Positions 9,702-21,198 of a stretch of 64,000 bases of DNA are shown piece after piece. The notes below the pieces were generated by a model. That model did no database searches and was not told the DNA's origin. It saw only the letters and a list, made by a program, of their open reading frames with translations. Made by a program: the position numbers and the translations under genes. This DNA is from an uncultured delta proteobacterium (GTDB lineage Bacteria > Myxococcota > B64-G9): assembly GCA_963754925.1 (NCBI GenBank), contig CAVWHX010000004.1:1376001-1440000 (forward strand), written 5' to 3'. Positions within the stretch are counted from its first letter, which is position 1. Each line of letters starts with the position of its first letter.

Positions 9702-11641
9702 GCCTGCTCTTTCTCCGCCTGCATGTCTTCTTCAAAACGCGGCAGGTTGATGGTAAATAGTGAACCCTTACCCAGCTCGCTTTCCACTTCGAGGGTGCCG
9801 CCGTGCTGTTGAACAATTCCGTACGAGACGCTCAAGCCCAGGCCGGTGCCCTTGCCCACCGGTTTGGTGGTGAAAAAGGGGTCGAAAATTTGCTTGAGGT
9901 GTTCGGGGGGAATGCCACAACCAGTGTCGGAGACGGTGATGCGCACCTGGCTGTCGTGCGCCGCAGTGCCAATCGCCAGCGTGCCGCCCACCGGCATGGC
10001 CTCACAGGCGTTCAGCGAAAGGTTCAAGAGTACCTGCTGTAACTGATTTTTGTCGCCCCAGACTGGCGGCAATCCATCGATAAGATTCTCGACCACAACC
10101 ACTTTGTCAAATTCCTTCTGGCTGCGCACCAATTTCATGGTCGTTCGGATAACGTCATTGATGTCCAACGCCACCTTGCGCGAGGGCGATTCGCGAGCGA
10201 AGTCGAGCAATCCGCGTACGATCTCCCGCACGCGAGTCGTTTCGCGGATGATCACCTCCAGGTCCTGCTTGTCCTGGGTATCCATATTTGGTTTCTCGCG
10301 TAGGAGATGGGTGAAGGTAAGCACCCCGGTCAACGGATTGTTGATCTCATGGGCGATGCCGGCCGAGAGGCGGCCGATCGAGGCCAGTTTCTCACTTTGC
10401 CCGATCTGCTGGCGCGTGGCCTGCTCGAGGCGTTGCTCGCGCTCAACCACGGCGTCGGCCATGCGATCGATTGCCAAACACACCAAGCCCATTTCACCCG
10501 GTGGTCGGATACCGACGCGCGCGGTAATGTCTCCGTTGATCAGCTTCTGCGACATTTCCACGATCTTGGAAACGGGCCGCAGGACCAGATTGGTTACCAT
10601 ATACAAGAGAAGCAAACTGAGCAAGGTGATGGTTGCCATCACCACTAAAAACACTCGAGTGATAAGTAGTTGCGTATGATCGAACGGCGCCGCCAGCAAA
10701 CCAACGTAGAGCGCCCCGATTATCTGATTATCGGGATTTCGAATGGCTTCGTAGGCGCTGATATACCAGTCGTTCACCACGAAGGCGCGGTCGGCCCAGA
10801 GTTTTCCTTTTACCAGAACCTCGTCGGCAACTTCGGTGCTCATGCGGCTGCCGATGGCCCGGGTTCCGTCGGCATTCTTCACGTTGGTGGAGATGCGCAG
10901 GTCGCCTTGGAAAATAGTGGCTGTGCCAATATCTTTATCGTGATAAATCTGATTTTGAAAAAGCTCGTTTTTAATGGTGTCAACGATTCGGTACAGATAG
11001 TTGAGCACGTTGCCGCCGTACAGCAACCCATAGAATTTCCCATTAGGCCCCATGAGCGGCACTGCCGCTCCGACTACCATCCCATCGGATTCAACTTTGC
11101 GGGTGCTCGGCCGCGCACCGGGGGTCTCGCGGATTTCAAAGGAAGCGCGGCGGGCCAAGTCAGCGCCCTCGTTCTGCAAGTGCTCGTGTGAAACAATTAT
11201 CGAGCCGGTAACCGGCGCACGGGTGAGAAGAGCCCTGGCTATAATCGGGTTCTTTGAGAGATCATCGCCGACCGAGCCCTGGTTGTGGGCACGGGCGATC
11301 ACTCGACCGTCGGGTCCTATGACCGTCAGCATGTCCATCTTGCTCTCGGTATAGGCCACTTCAATCAATCGAAAGAGATTATCGCGGTCGTTTTTCTCAA
11401 TAGATTCGCCAATAGATTGGTCAAGGGCGATTGCTCGCAGGAACCGGGCGATCCCATCGATATACGAATTATAAATTTGGCGGGCAGAGTTGAGATCGAG
11501 TCGCACCCGGGTTTGCACTTCCTCCAATAATACCGTGCTAATATGTAGTTCGGTGACCACCGCCACCGTCGTATTAGCCACCAAAATGATGGCGATCGAG
11601 CCCATGGTAAGTCGAAAACGAAGGGTTTTTTTCCAAGTCAC
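9698..11641 (-). CDS. Cache/HAMP sensor histidine kinase
   Basis: Two TM segments, Cache-like periplasmic region, HEINNPL H-box, DTGCGI and GTGLGLS; GTG start behind GAGGAG; overlaps the regulator by 4 nt. Confidence 0.93.
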   Translation of the reverse strand: MTWKKTLRFRLTMGSIAIILVANTTVAVVTELHISTVLLEEVQTRVRLDLNSARQIYNSYIDGIARFLRAIALDQSIGESIEKNDRDNLFRLIEVAYTESKMDMLTVIGPDGRVIARAHNQGSVGDDLSKNPIIARALLTRAPVTGSIIVSHEHLQNEGADLARRASFEIRETPGARPSTRKVESDGMVVGAAVPLMGPNGKFYGLLYGGNVLNYLYRIVDTIKNELFQNQIYHDKDIGTATIFQGDLRISTNVKNADGTRAIGSRMSTEVADEVLVKGKLWADRAFVVNDWYISAYEAIRNPDNQIIGALYVGLLAAPFDHTQLLITRVFLVVMATITLLSLLLLYMVTNLVLRPVSKIVEMSQKLINGDITARVGIRPPGEMGLVCLAIDRMADAVVEREQRLEQATRQQIGQSEKLASIGRLSAGIAHEINNPLTGVLTFTHLLREKPNMDTQDKQDLEVIIRETTRVREIVRGLLDFARESPSRKVALDINDVIRTTMKLVRSQKEFDKVVVVENLIDGLPPVWGDKNQLQQVLLNLSLNACEAMPVGGTLAIGTAAHDSQVRITVSDTGCGIPPEHLKQIFDPFFTTKPVGKGTGLGLSVSYGIVQQHGGTLEVESELGKGSLFTINLPRFEEDMQAEKEQA

Positions 11642-11747
11642 GTTGATACTCCTCAAGGGTGAGCGGAATCATGCCTGAAGTAGCTGTAAACAGCAAGACT
11701 GCTCGTTCACCCGTGACGAAACCGTGACGCACCCAATATTATTCGCT

Positions 11748-11776
11748 ATTGACTCCCACGTCAAAAACTGATAGTA
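11748..11776 (+). promoter_or_regulatory. Sigma70-like promoter of the Fe-S/hdrA operon
   Basis: TTGACT-17 nt-TAGTAA. Confidence 0.5.
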
Positions 11777-11836
11777 ACAGGTACCATTACACCTAGGGTC
11801 AGCTTAATTACAATCCATTTTATCAAGGAGCGGGCT

Positions 11837-12986
11837 ATGGACGTGGTCACGCCGTTTCTGGAGGTTGCTCAAGCCATTCAGGAATCAGGGGGTGAGGACC
11901 TTAACCTCTGCTTCCAATGTGGTACCTGTACCGGCAGCTGTCCATGGGGTTTTGTGGAACCCCTGAACATGCGGCAGCTCATCCGCCTGGCCCAGCTCGG
12001 GCTTGAGGGTTACGAGGGCGAGGATCTCTGGAGATGCACAACCTGCAACACGTGCAAGATCCGTTGCCCGCGCGGGGTGGGAATCATCGACCTGGTGCGC
12101 TCGATCCGGATGATGATCGGCGGAAACGGGCCTCATTCCCCAGAGTTTGCGTTCGGCGCTGGGCAGCGTCAAAAGCGGCGGCAATCCCTGGATGGGCAAA
12201 CGAGAAGATCGCAACAAATGGGCGACTGACCTTGAAATCGCACCTTTTGATCGGACGAAGCACGAGTATTTGTTATTTGCCTGTTGCATGCCCTCGTATG
12301 ATCCGCGGGCTCGTAAGTTGGTCAACGCGGCCGCCAAGGTTCTCAGGGCGGGGAGAATAAGCGTCGGTGTCTTGGGCAGCGAGGAAAGTTGTTGCGGCGA
12401 ATCGGTTCGTAAGATTGGCGATGAAGCATTGTTTTCGCAGCTGGCCAAGGATAACGGCGGGCTATTTGGCAAGCACAAGGTTGAAAAGATTTTGGTGCTC
12501 TCGCCGCACTGCTACCATACCTTCAAAAATGAGTATTCCTCGATCGGCTCAACCATAAAAGTGGTACATATCTCTGAACTGCTTGCGGAGTTGATCTCAG
12601 CCGGCAAGCTCAATCTCAAAAAGCCTACGGCGGCGACCGTCACCTACCACGATCCCTGCTACTTGGGTCGGCACAATCAGATCTTTGATCCTCCTCGTAA
12701 GGTGCTCCAGGCCTTACCCGGGGTGACCTTTAAAGAGATGTTTCGCGTTGGCGAGCAGAGCCTGTGCTGTGGCGGCGGCGGCGGCCGCATGTGGATGGAA
12801 ACCAAATTCGGTGAGCGATTCAGCGACCTCCGGGTTCCCGAGGCGCTAGCCGTGGGTGCGAATGTCTTGGCAACCGCGTGCCCGTATTGTATTAGTATGC
12901 TCGAGGACAGTCGCTTGAACTTAAACAAGGAAGAGGCCATTCAAATCAAGGATGTGACCGAGCTGGTGGCCGAGTCCCTCGAATAG
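11837..12986 (+). CDS. HdrD/GlpC-like Fe-S oxidoreductase (2x[4Fe-4S] + two CCG domains), +1 frameshift at ~12122
   Basis: CFQCGTCTGSCP, CTTCNTCKIRCP, then ESCCG, YHDPCYLGR, LCCGGGGG, TACPYC in the shifted frame; removing one G joins MMIG-ETGLIP. Confidence 0.88.
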
Positions 12987-13007
12987 CTGAAACCGGGAGA
13001 GATAACC

Positions 13008-15005
13008 ATGCCGAAGAAAATCGGAGTGTATATTTGTCATTGTGGCACCAACATCGCCGGTGTTGTCGACATCGAGGCCTTGACCCAATTTGCGAAGACG
13101 CTGCCGAATGTGACGCTGGTAAAAAATTACAAATTCATGTGCTCCGACCCGGGCCAGGATATGCTGCGCGAAGACATCCACTCCAGCGGCCTCAACGGCA
13201 TCGTGGTCGCGGCCTGTTCGCCGTTGATGCACGAACGCACCTTCCGTAAGGCGGCCCAGGACGCCGGGCTGAACGCCTTTTTGGTGCAGATCGCCAATAT
13301 CCGCGAGCAGTGCTCCTGGGTGACCGAGGATAAAAAGGCCGCCACCGAAAAGTCCAAGGTCTTGATGGCAGGCGCGGTGGCTCGGGCCGCCGCGTTGGAG
13401 CCGCTCGAGATGTGGCGGGTCGAGATCAAGCCCTCGGCCCTGGTCGTGGGCGGCGGGATCGCCGGAATCCAGGCCGCTCTGGATTTGGCTGATGGCGGTG
13501 TGCACGTGACCATGGTCGAGAAGCTGCCCACCATCGGCGGCCATATGGCGATGTTCGATAAGACCTTCCCCACGTTGGATTGCGCTGCCTGCATCTTGAC
13601 ACCGAAGATGACCGCGGTTGGCGCTCATCCAAACATCGACCTCATGACGTATTCAGAAGTCGAGAATGTCAGCGGGTATATTGGCAACTTTAAGGTAAAA
13701 ATACGCCGCAAGGCAGGCTTCGTGGACCATGCTAAGTGCACGGGATGCGGTATATGCATGGAGAAGTGTCCCTATAAGGCGCCCAGCGAGTTCGATCAAG
13801 GCTTGTCGAAGCGCCGGGCAATCTACACCCCGTTTCCCCAGGCAGTTCCCAATAAACCGGTGATTGACAAGGCCAGCTGCGTTTATTTTCTCAAGGGCAA
13901 GTGTCGGGTATGCGAAAAGTTCTGCGAACCAAAGGCCATCGACTTCGAACAGCACGACCGCATCGAGGAAATCGATGTCGGAACGATCATCGTGGCCACC
14001 GGCTTCCAGAGCATGGATATGCGCAAGCTCCCGCAGTTTGGGTACGGCCGCTTGCCCGAGGTATACTCGGCGCTCGAATTCGAACGGCTCAACAACGCCT
14101 CGGGGCCGACCTCTGGCAAGATTCAAACCAGGGATGGACGCACCCCCCAGAGTATCGCCATTTTGCACTGCACCGGCAGCCGGGATGAGAATTACCATCC
14201 CTATTGTTCGCGCGTGTGCTGCATGTATGCCCTTAAGTACGCCCATCTCATCAAGGAGAAGATCCACGAAGCCACGGTCTACAGTTTTTATATCGATATG
14301 CGCTGCTTTGGTAAGGGGTACGAAGAATTCTACAAACGGTTGCAAGAGGAAGGCGTGCGTTTTATCCGGGGCAAGGCCGCCAATGTGTGGGGTGGAGCGG
14401 AATATAAAGCAACTGCCTCGGAGAAATTCGCGCTCGACGGGCTTACTGACCAGCAGCTCGTGGTTCAAGCCGAGGATACGCTGCTCGGTAAATTGATGCG
14501 GGTCCCGGTGGACATGGTCGTGCTCACCCCGGCCTTTGAGGCCCACAGCGAGGCTGCTACCGTCGGTAAAACGTTCTTAATCAACCGTGGAGCCGATGGC
14601 TTCTTCCTTGAGCAGCACCCGAAGCTCGCCCCGGTCTCCACAACCAGCGATGGCGTGTTTATCGCCGGCGGCTGCCAAGGCCCCAAAGACATTCCCGACA
14701 CCGTGGCGCAGGGTTCAGCCGCGGCCAGTAAGGCGCTCTCACTTATCGCGCGGCGAGAAATCGAGATCGAGGCCAATACCGCCACCGTGGTCGAGGAGTA
14801 TTGCTCGGGTTGCAAGACCTGCCTGGATATTTGTCCCTATAACGCCATCAGCTTCGATGAAGAACACAAACGCGCCGTGACCAACGAGGCGTTGTGCAAA
14901 GCCTGCGGCACCTGTGCGGCCACGTGTCCGAGCGCCGCCATCCGCCCGCGGCATTTCGCCGACGATCAAATTTACGCCGAGATTGCAGGTCTCCTCAGCG
15001 TCTAA
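13008..15005 (+). CDS. hdrA: Heterodisulfide reductase subunit A-like flavoprotein
   Basis: IGVYICHCGTNIAG, ANIREQCSW, GGGIAG, KTFPTLDCAACIL, YCSRVCCMYA, several ferredoxin motifs. Confidence 0.95.
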   Translation: MPKKIGVYICHCGTNIAGVVDIEALTQFAKTLPNVTLVKNYKFMCSDPGQDMLREDIHSSGLNGIVVAACSPLMHERTFRKAAQDAGLNAFLVQIANIREQCSWVTEDKKAATEKSKVLMAGAVARAAALEPLEMWRVEIKPSALVVGGGIAGIQAALDLADGGVHVTMVEKLPTIGGHMAMFDKTFPTLDCAACILTPKMTAVGAHPNIDLMTYSEVENVSGYIGNFKVKIRRKAGFVDHAKCTGCGICMEKCPYKAPSEFDQGLSKRRAIYTPFPQAVPNKPVIDKASCVYFLKGKCRVCEKFCEPKAIDFEQHDRIEEIDVGTIIVATGFQSMDMRKLPQFGYGRLPEVYSALEFERLNNASGPTSGKIQTRDGRTPQSIAILHCTGSRDENYHPYCSRVCCMYALKYAHLIKEKIHEATVYSFYIDMRCFGKGYEEFYKRLQEEGVRFIRGKAANVWGGAEYKATASEKFALDGLTDQQLVVQAEDTLLGKLMRVPVDMVVLTPAFEAHSEAATVGKTFLINRGADGFFLEQHPKLAPVSTTSDGVFIAGGCQGPKDIPDTVAQGSAAASKALSLIARREIEIEANTATVVEEYCSGCKTCLDICPYNAISFDEEHKRAVTNEALCKACGTCAATCPSAAIRPRHFADDQIYAEIAGLLSV

Positions 15006-15234
15006 TACCGAAGTCTGCGTGAGCTCAAAAACCCATCAGTAGTTGATAAGAATAGTATTATATTCGAGTAAAGAAATTACTCGAGGGCGAGGCACAGCCA
15101 CGGCAGTATCGCCTATTTGCTCGATATATCAAAACGTTAACTCTTATACTTGAACACCATCAGGGAATTGCGCTATGCTATAGTGTATGTTTTGACATCA
15201 CGTATCCTCTCGATTTAGTCAAGAGGGGTGGTGG

Positions 15235-16269
15235 ATGATCGATGACGATGCCAGCGAGTCATTGAAAAACGCATTGTCCGATCAACCGAGCGAGCGCGAA
15301 CAAGAACTGCAGCGGCAGATAAGCCAACTCAGCGAGCAACTCGCGCACTCTCAGACTCGGTTCGGAGCCGTGAATCAGGAACTGAACGAGATCAACCGAC
15401 AGCTTGAACAATCCATCCAGCAGGCCCGACAGCTTGCCGAACTAGCTGATAACGCCAGTCAAGCGAAAAGCGAATTTATGGCCAATATGAGCCACGAATT
15501 TCGCACGCCCCTCAACGGCATTGTGGGGCTCACCGACCTTATCCTGCAAACCGATCTTACGCACGAACAACGGGAATACCTCAGCGCCGTACGAAAGTCA
15601 GCAGATGCATTGCTGTTATTGGTCAATCATCTGCTCGACTTTTCAAAGCTTGAGTCACGACGCATGAGGCTTACCGCGGTCGATTTTTGGCTGCACGAGC
15701 TCCTTGCGCAGACATTGACCACGATGGCGAAGCAGGCCAAGCAGAAAGGATTATCGTTTCAATTATATGTTGCTAACGATGTGCCAGAGGTCTTGCATGG
15801 GTCGCCAGAACACCTGCGTCAGGTGCTCCTAAACCTGGTGGATAACGCCATAAAGTTCACGGACGTCGGCGAGGTATCGGTGGGCGTTGAGAACCTGCAC
15901 CACCTGGATCCCGCTAACACCTCCACGACCGAGGATATTGATCTGCACTTCATGGTGCGGGACACCGGGATAGGCATCTCGCCCGAGAAACAAAAATTGA
16001 TCTTTGAAGCGTTTGCCCAGGCGGACACTTCCAGCACCCGTAAATATGGTGGGACGGGCCTCGGTCTAACCATCTCACGCCGCCTGGTCGAGTTACTAGA
16101 GGGAAACATGTGGGTGGAGAGCACGCCCGGGCACGGGAGTATTTTTCATTTTACCTGCCGGTTGAGGTTGCCCATGCAACCAGCGACTCCGGATAGCGAT
16201 CATCCTCACGATCTGAACAAGCCCGGAGCAGGCTTTGTATTTGGCCAGAAGAAGGGCGTTGTTTCTTGA
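15235..16269 (+). CDS. Soluble histidine kinase (coiled-coil + HisKA + HATPase)
   Basis: [36 protein letters not shown]; no TM segment. Confidence 0.92.
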   Translation: MIDDDASESLKNALSDQPSEREQELQRQISQLSEQLAHSQTRFGAVNQELNEINRQLEQSIQQARQLAELADNASQAKSEFMANMSHEFRTPLNGIVGLTDLILQTDLTHEQREYLSAVRKSADALLLLVNHLLDFSKLESRRMRLTAVDFWLHELLAQTLTTMAKQAKQKGLSFQLYVANDVPEVLHGSPEHLRQVLLNLVDNAIKFTDVGEVSVGVENLHHLDPANTSTTEDIDLHFMVRDTGIGISPEKQKLIFEAFAQADTSSTRKYGGTGLGLTISRRLVELLEGNMWVESTPGHGSIFHFTCRLRLPMQPATPDSDHPHDLNKPGAGFVFGQKKGVVS

Positions 16270-16379
16270 TCGGGTTTTACGTATAAACGTTCCTTAAGAG
16301 AATTTTTTTTGACCATGTCGGGTGCGGATGGATAACATAGACGTCTATTGCTTTGTTCTTCAAGGAGGAGGACTGGGCT

Positions 16380-16745
16380 TTGTGCCGAATACTGTGCATT
16401 GAAGATGACGCCGAGACCCGCATTCTGATCAAGAAAGGTCTCGAGGCAGCCGGCATGACGGTTGACACGGTTTGGGCGGGTGATAAAGGAGTGGAAGCCG
16501 CGATCAACGGTCGGTTCGACTGCGTCCTCCTTGATATCATGATGTCGGGAATGGATGGTTTTCAGGTTTTGAGAACCCTCAAGACTCAGTTGGCTACGCA
16601 GCACATGAAAGTGATTATGGTGACCGCCCGGGACGATGAGGGATCCCGGCAGCGCGCACTCGATGACGGGGCCGATGCATACGTGATCAAACCGTTCAAG
16701 ATTGGGAAGCTGGTCACCTTGATCCAGACGATCGTTGGAAAGTGA
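16380..16745 (+). CDS. Single-domain response regulator
   Basis: IEDD, LLDIMM, VTA, KPF; TTG start after GGAGGA. Confidence 0.9.
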   Translation: MCRILCIEDDAETRILIKKGLEAAGMTVDTVWAGDKGVEAAINGRFDCVLLDIMMSGMDGFQVLRTLKTQLATQHMKVIMVTARDDEGSRQRALDDGADAYVIKPFKIGKLVTLIQTIVGK

Positions 16746-16752
16746 CCGCTTC

Positions 16753-17550
16753 ATGAGCCGCCCACGGTTGTTCCTGCCAGAAGAGCGTTGGGCCAGTCGG
16801 GTTGAACTGCAGCCGGACGAGCGACGACATTTAGTTGATGTGCTCCGGTTAGCGCCCGGTGGCGAGGTTGAGGTTTTCAATGGTGCCGGCGCTTTCAGCC
16901 GAGCGCTCCTGGTTCGTGACCGTGGCGGGTATGTTTTGGAACTTGGGCCATCGACGCAGCGATTGATACCAAACCAGCCGGTTCGATTAGGGGTTGCACT
17001 ATTGAAAGGCCGCAAACTTGACGAGGTCGTACGCATGGTGACCGAGCTTGGGGTATCGACCGTGGAGCCGTTCACCTGCGCCCGTTCAATTCCACGACCT
17101 GACGACGCAGGGCGCGCCCGTCGAACACGGTGGCAAAAAATCGCCGCGGAGGCCTCCCGCCAATCCGGACGCGCCTCTGTTCCACGTATACAACCGGTTC
17201 GCTCATTTGACGAGCTTGTGCGGGAGTCCACGCAGGATCCAAAACTTGGTGCACGCGCCGTGCTCTATGAAGCTGCGCTTGGTCAAACATTGCTCACCTG
17301 GCTTGCGTCTGAAGCGAATGTCGAGCGCCTGTTGTTGGTTGGTCCCGAGGGTGGTTTTGCCCCGGACGAGGTCGAACGGGCCGAGCAGGCGGGATTTGCC
17401 ATTCTCAGTTTGGGCCCGACAATTTTACGTTCGGACACGGCTGCAATCGTTGCCGCCGCCATGGCCTGCCTTGACAGTCAGCAGCGAGTCGGCTATCGCT
17501 TTCAATCCAAAGGATGTGATGATGATTTGCCCCCATTGCGCGTTTCCTAA
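16753..17550 (+). CDS. rsmE: 16S rRNA m3U1498 methyltransferase RsmE
   Basis: HLVDVLRL, TELGV, EASRQSGR, VGPEGGF, LSLGPTILRSDTA. Confidence 0.94.
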   Translation: MSRPRLFLPEERWASRVELQPDERRHLVDVLRLAPGGEVEVFNGAGAFSRALLVRDRGGYVLELGPSTQRLIPNQPVRLGVALLKGRKLDEVVRMVTELGVSTVEPFTCARSIPRPDDAGRARRTRWQKIAAEASRQSGRASVPRIQPVRSFDELVRESTQDPKLGARAVLYEAALGQTLLTWLASEANVERLLLVGPEGGFAPDEVERAEQAGFAILSLGPTILRSDTAAIVAAAMACLDSQQRVGYRFQSKGCDDDLPPLRVS

Positions 17551-18318
17551 CGACCCGGGGTTAGGGTCTGCATCAAGTGTCGCAAGGCTTTTAACGATGC
17601 GCCCGCCGACGCATTGGCCGAGGTAGTGAAAACCGAAGCGCAACCCATTCAAATGGGTAGCCAGAAACAAGCTCCCGATTTCCCAATAGCCGATATCCGT
17701 GCCAGATTCCCGGCGGACGAAACTCGATCAGTGGGGCAAGAACATGGTCGGACGGAGTCCATCGGAGAGCCTTCTTCGGTGTCGTGGGGGCAGAATGCGG
17801 CAGTGCAACCTTCGGCACGGGCTGCGGTTCGTCTCGTTTGGGTAAGCGGGTTTTGGCTGCGGTCGTTAGCTCTGGCAGTCGATGTGGTGACGGTAACCGG
17901 AGTTGTGATCGTCATGGTTACGTTCTCCTGGTTGCTCCGCGGCGACACTGAGGGTGCCTTTGATTTTTTCGTCAAAAACCCAAAGGCATTGCTTTTGTTA
18001 GCACTTATGTACTTGCTCCTCATGGGTGCCTACCTGGCCCTGTTTACCCGTTTTGGGGGACAGACTCTGGGGCAGATGCTCTTGGGGTTACAGGTGATAC
18101 ATGAGACTGGTCAGCCGCTCACGACCAGGCAGGTGTTGCGCCGGATGGTGGGTATGGTACTTGCGGCCCTGCCGGGACTGGCAGGATTTTTGTGGGTTGG
18201 GTTTGACCTACAGCGGCGCGGCTGGCATGATTATATTGGGCAAAGTCTGGTCATCAGACTGCGCCCGCCTACGGTGACCCACAAACAGATTAACAAGTTG
18301 CGGGATTTGGGAGCGTAA
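17519..18318 (+). CDS. RDD-family membrane protein with N-terminal zinc ribbon (frameshift in G-run ~17557-17560)
   Basis: MICPHC...[shift]...VCIKC joins ORF 17614; RSLALAVD, GQTLGQMLLGLQV, RRGWHDYI motifs. Confidence 0.8.
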
Positions 18319-18324
18319 CCGCAC

Positions 18325-20901
18325 ATGACCGTTGTCCTTGCCGACTATTTGGTGCAACAAAACCTGGTGAGCGTCGGGGCGATGGATGCGCTCCTGAAGC
18401 GTCAGTCTATCGCCGGCGGATCGCTGGATATCAATCTTCTTGAGGAGGGTTTGTTGGACGAGGCTTCGCTCACGCGAGCTCTCGCTGATGTCTATCATCT
18501 TCCGGCAGCCACCACCGATCTGCTCGAACGCCACGACACGCGCATACCTAATATATTTCCAGCACGACTGGCGCAAAAATATCAAGTTGCTCCGGTGGCC
18601 CTCAGTGGCCGCACGCTCCTGTTGCTCGCCTCAACCCGCCTGCATCCGCTGGTCGAGGAGGAGATTGGCTTTATGTTGAGCGTCTCGATAAAAACCAGCG
18701 TCGTGTGCGAGGTCCGCTTGCGCCTGTTGCAGCGCGATTGGATGGGTCTCGAAATCGAGCCGCGCTACGTTGCCCTCGCCGAACGCCTGGGCAGGTACCC
18801 GATCGGACCCCCCCCCGGACCTACCGCCGATGCGGCGCCGGAGGACCAGCAAGCGCCAACCGGCGAACGTGCCGCCTCGGACACGGTTCAGGTCGAACCG
18901 GACGCTGCGGAACCTGAACCTACCGTTGCCGAGGAACAACCCTCCGCCGAAATCACGCTCTCCGATAGACTCAGTCTTGATGCCGCTACCCGCGGTTGCC
19001 TGCAGGCCAGTTCGCGTGATGAGATTGTAGACATTACGTTGCGCTTTGCACACCAGTTCCTGTCCTACGTTGGATTGTTCGTCATCAGCAATGAACAGAT
19101 TCTTGGTTGGAACGCGATGGGCATCCCCGAATCCCGCGAGCGCATTCGTACCGTGCGCTTGCCAATTAATTCACCGTCCGTATTGCGCACGGTGATGCAA
19201 ACCAGGGCCCACTTCCTCGGGCCGGTGCCTTCCTCAGGAATCAACGATGAGCTCTTGCGTGCGATGGGCCGCGATAACCCTCGCAATGTCCTGATTGTGC
19301 CGCTCACCCTCCAGGATCACCTGCTGGGAATGTTCTTTGGTGACGACGGCGAGCATTCAATTCAAACCAGTCGGCTGACGGAATTACTGGTATTTATCAA
19401 TCGGCTGGCTCCGGCTTTCGAGCAGTTAATCCATCAACGCAAGAGTCACGTCGCAGCACAGCTGCCGGTGGAGTCACCTCAGAAGCAACCGAAGCCTGAA
19501 CCTCGGCCGTTGGCTGAAGAAACGGTGCTATCGGAAGCTGCTCCTTACCAAAATGGTTTGATCCCTATGCAAGAGGAGCCGGCAGTTGCAGCAGGAGAAG
19601 TGGTTCTATCATCAACCATGGTTCCCCTGCAGCAAGAGGCGCCTCATAAGCCTGAGTCGATGACCGTTGAGCCATCCGATGAAACGGCTCCCCTCGCGGT
19701 GCCCGTTCCCGAGGGCGAGGCGGCGGTGACGGTGGTGAACAGCAGCGCCGAGCTCGGTGCATTCCAACCAATGCCCATGGTATCGGTTTCTGATGAAGGC
19801 GCTCCAACGCAATCGGTAACCGCTGCCCCACGGGTCACCGAAAGTCCCGTGGAATTTTCAGTGCGTGCGGCCCCCCCCGCGCGGAGCTTTCCGCGTGAGG
19901 CGCCCATGCTCGACCTCGATACCCCGAGCACCCAATCTGCTCAGGGCGAAAAACTGTTGTCCCGGGGTGTGCCGGAACCAGAAGGACAAGAACCGCAGGC
20001 GAAGCCGCAGCCTCAAGCCGCCGCAGGGGTAGACGATGCGGTCAACATCGCGCGGCTTACGGACGACCTTATTTGTGGTGAGCCGATGCGCATGGAGCGC
20101 GCGCGCGAACATCTGACGCGGATAGGGAGTATGGCGGTGCCAGCTCTTATGGAGCGGTTTCCCGGCCATTTGACCTTTGAAATACGAGGTAATAACGATC
20201 ATATTCCGCCGGTCGCCGAGCATGGCGAACTGTTGCGCTGTCTGGTGGAGATAGGCTCGGACGCTGCCGAGGCGATTGCAAAACGCCTCGACGATCCCAA
20301 ACGTCGCGTGCGCTATTACGCGGTAAAGCTGCTTGGGGTGATCTCATATCCGGCGGCAGTTGCGCGGCTTGCCCAACGCCTGTTCGACCGCGAGGTGCAG
20401 GTTCGGCTAGCCACCCTCGAGACCTTGGCAACCTATCGGCAGACCCTCCAATTCAGCGCTATGTTGCTCGGATTACGAGCGAAATTGGAACAAACAAACC
20501 CAGACCAACAGGCCATCGCCGCCGCTTTGCTGGGTAACTTCAAAGATCGGAACGCTGTGCCTATTCTGATTAAACTGATTAAGTCATCGCACAAAATGGT
20601 TCGGCGTGCGGCGATTGAGTCGCTCAGTTTCATCACGAAAAAAGATTTTGATGCCAACCAGCGCAAATGGTTGAAGTGGTGGGAGCTGCATGGCAGTGAG
20701 CATCGAATACAATGGCTGATTGAGGGGCTGCGGTCGAATAACCGCGATGTTCGTTTTTCGTCCTCTCAGGAGCTTACTCAATTAACCGGGGAGTATTTTG
20801 GTTACTACTATGATTCGGGGAAGAAGGAGCTCGAACGCGCCGTCCTCCAGTGGGAGGCCTGGTGGAACGAAAAGGGTCGACGTTTAAAGTTCGACGACTG
20901 A
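18325..20901 (+). CDS. GspE/PilB N-terminal-like domain + GAF-like domain + Pro/Ala linker + HEAT repeats (myxobacterial FrgA-like architecture)
   Basis: LADYLVQQNLV...Q...GGSLDINLLEEG N-terminus; low-complexity middle; HEAT repeats; Trp-rich C-terminus. Confidence 0.7.
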   Translation: MTVVLADYLVQQNLVSVGAMDALLKRQSIAGGSLDINLLEEGLLDEASLTRALADVYHLPAATTDLLERHDTRIPNIFPARLAQKYQVAPVALSGRTLLLLASTRLHPLVEEEIGFMLSVSIKTSVVCEVRLRLLQRDWMGLEIEPRYVALAERLGRYPIGPPPGPTADAAPEDQQAPTGERAASDTVQVEPDAAEPEPTVAEEQPSAEITLSDRLSLDAATRGCLQASSRDEIVDITLRFAHQFLSYVGLFVISNEQILGWNAMGIPESRERIRTVRLPINSPSVLRTVMQTRAHFLGPVPSSGINDELLRAMGRDNPRNVLIVPLTLQDHLLGMFFGDDGEHSIQTSRLTELLVFINRLAPAFEQLIHQRKSHVAAQLPVESPQKQPKPEPRPLAEETVLSEAAPYQNGLIPMQEEPAVAAGEVVLSSTMVPLQQEAPHKPESMTVEPSDETAPLAVPVPEGEAAVTVVNSSAELGAFQPMPMVSVSDEGAPTQSVTAAPRVTESPVEFSVRAAPPARSFPREAPMLDLDTPSTQSAQGEKLLSRGVPEPEGQEPQAKPQPQAAAGVDDAVNIARLTDDLICGEPMRMERAREHLTRIGSMAVPALMERFPGHLTFEIRGNNDHIPPVAEHGELLRCLVEIGSDAAEAIAKRLDDPKRRVRYYAVKLLGVISYPAAVARLAQRLFDREVQVRLATLETLATYRQTLQFSAMLLGLRAKLEQTNPDQQAIAAALLGNFKDRNAVPILIKLIKSSHKMVRRAAIESLSFITKKDFDANQRKWLKWWELHGSEHRIQWLIEGLRSNNRDVRFSSSQELTQLTGEYFGYYYDSGKKELERAVLQWEAWWNEKGRRLKFDD

Positions 20902-21198
20902 CCCTTGAACGCATAGTTTCTGGGAACCAAGCCACCCGCGCTCCCGCGGCCGGCGCGTGATGTTCCTTTTTCAGGGAGTCTGTTCTCCATCGATGGTTGG
21001 ATGGACGAGACATTTGTAGCGTGGGCGCGAAAGGCACAACGCTCCATCGAAAGCATTGACGCTTTCTCCCTGCCATCATAGGGCCACTGGGCATCGTCTC
21101 CGCAGAAGAAACGATTGCGTACGATCGATACCCCTCACGTCTCACCGTTTAGGTGTTGGTGGAGTTAACGTGAGGTGTGCAGTATCTTATCCTATGGG

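Noticed and set aside
20905..21195. Riboswitch or ncRNA in the convergent gap after the HEAT protein
   Set aside because: Only isolated hairpins (one GAAA-capped), no recognisable aptamer consensus, and no downstream gene on either strand to control
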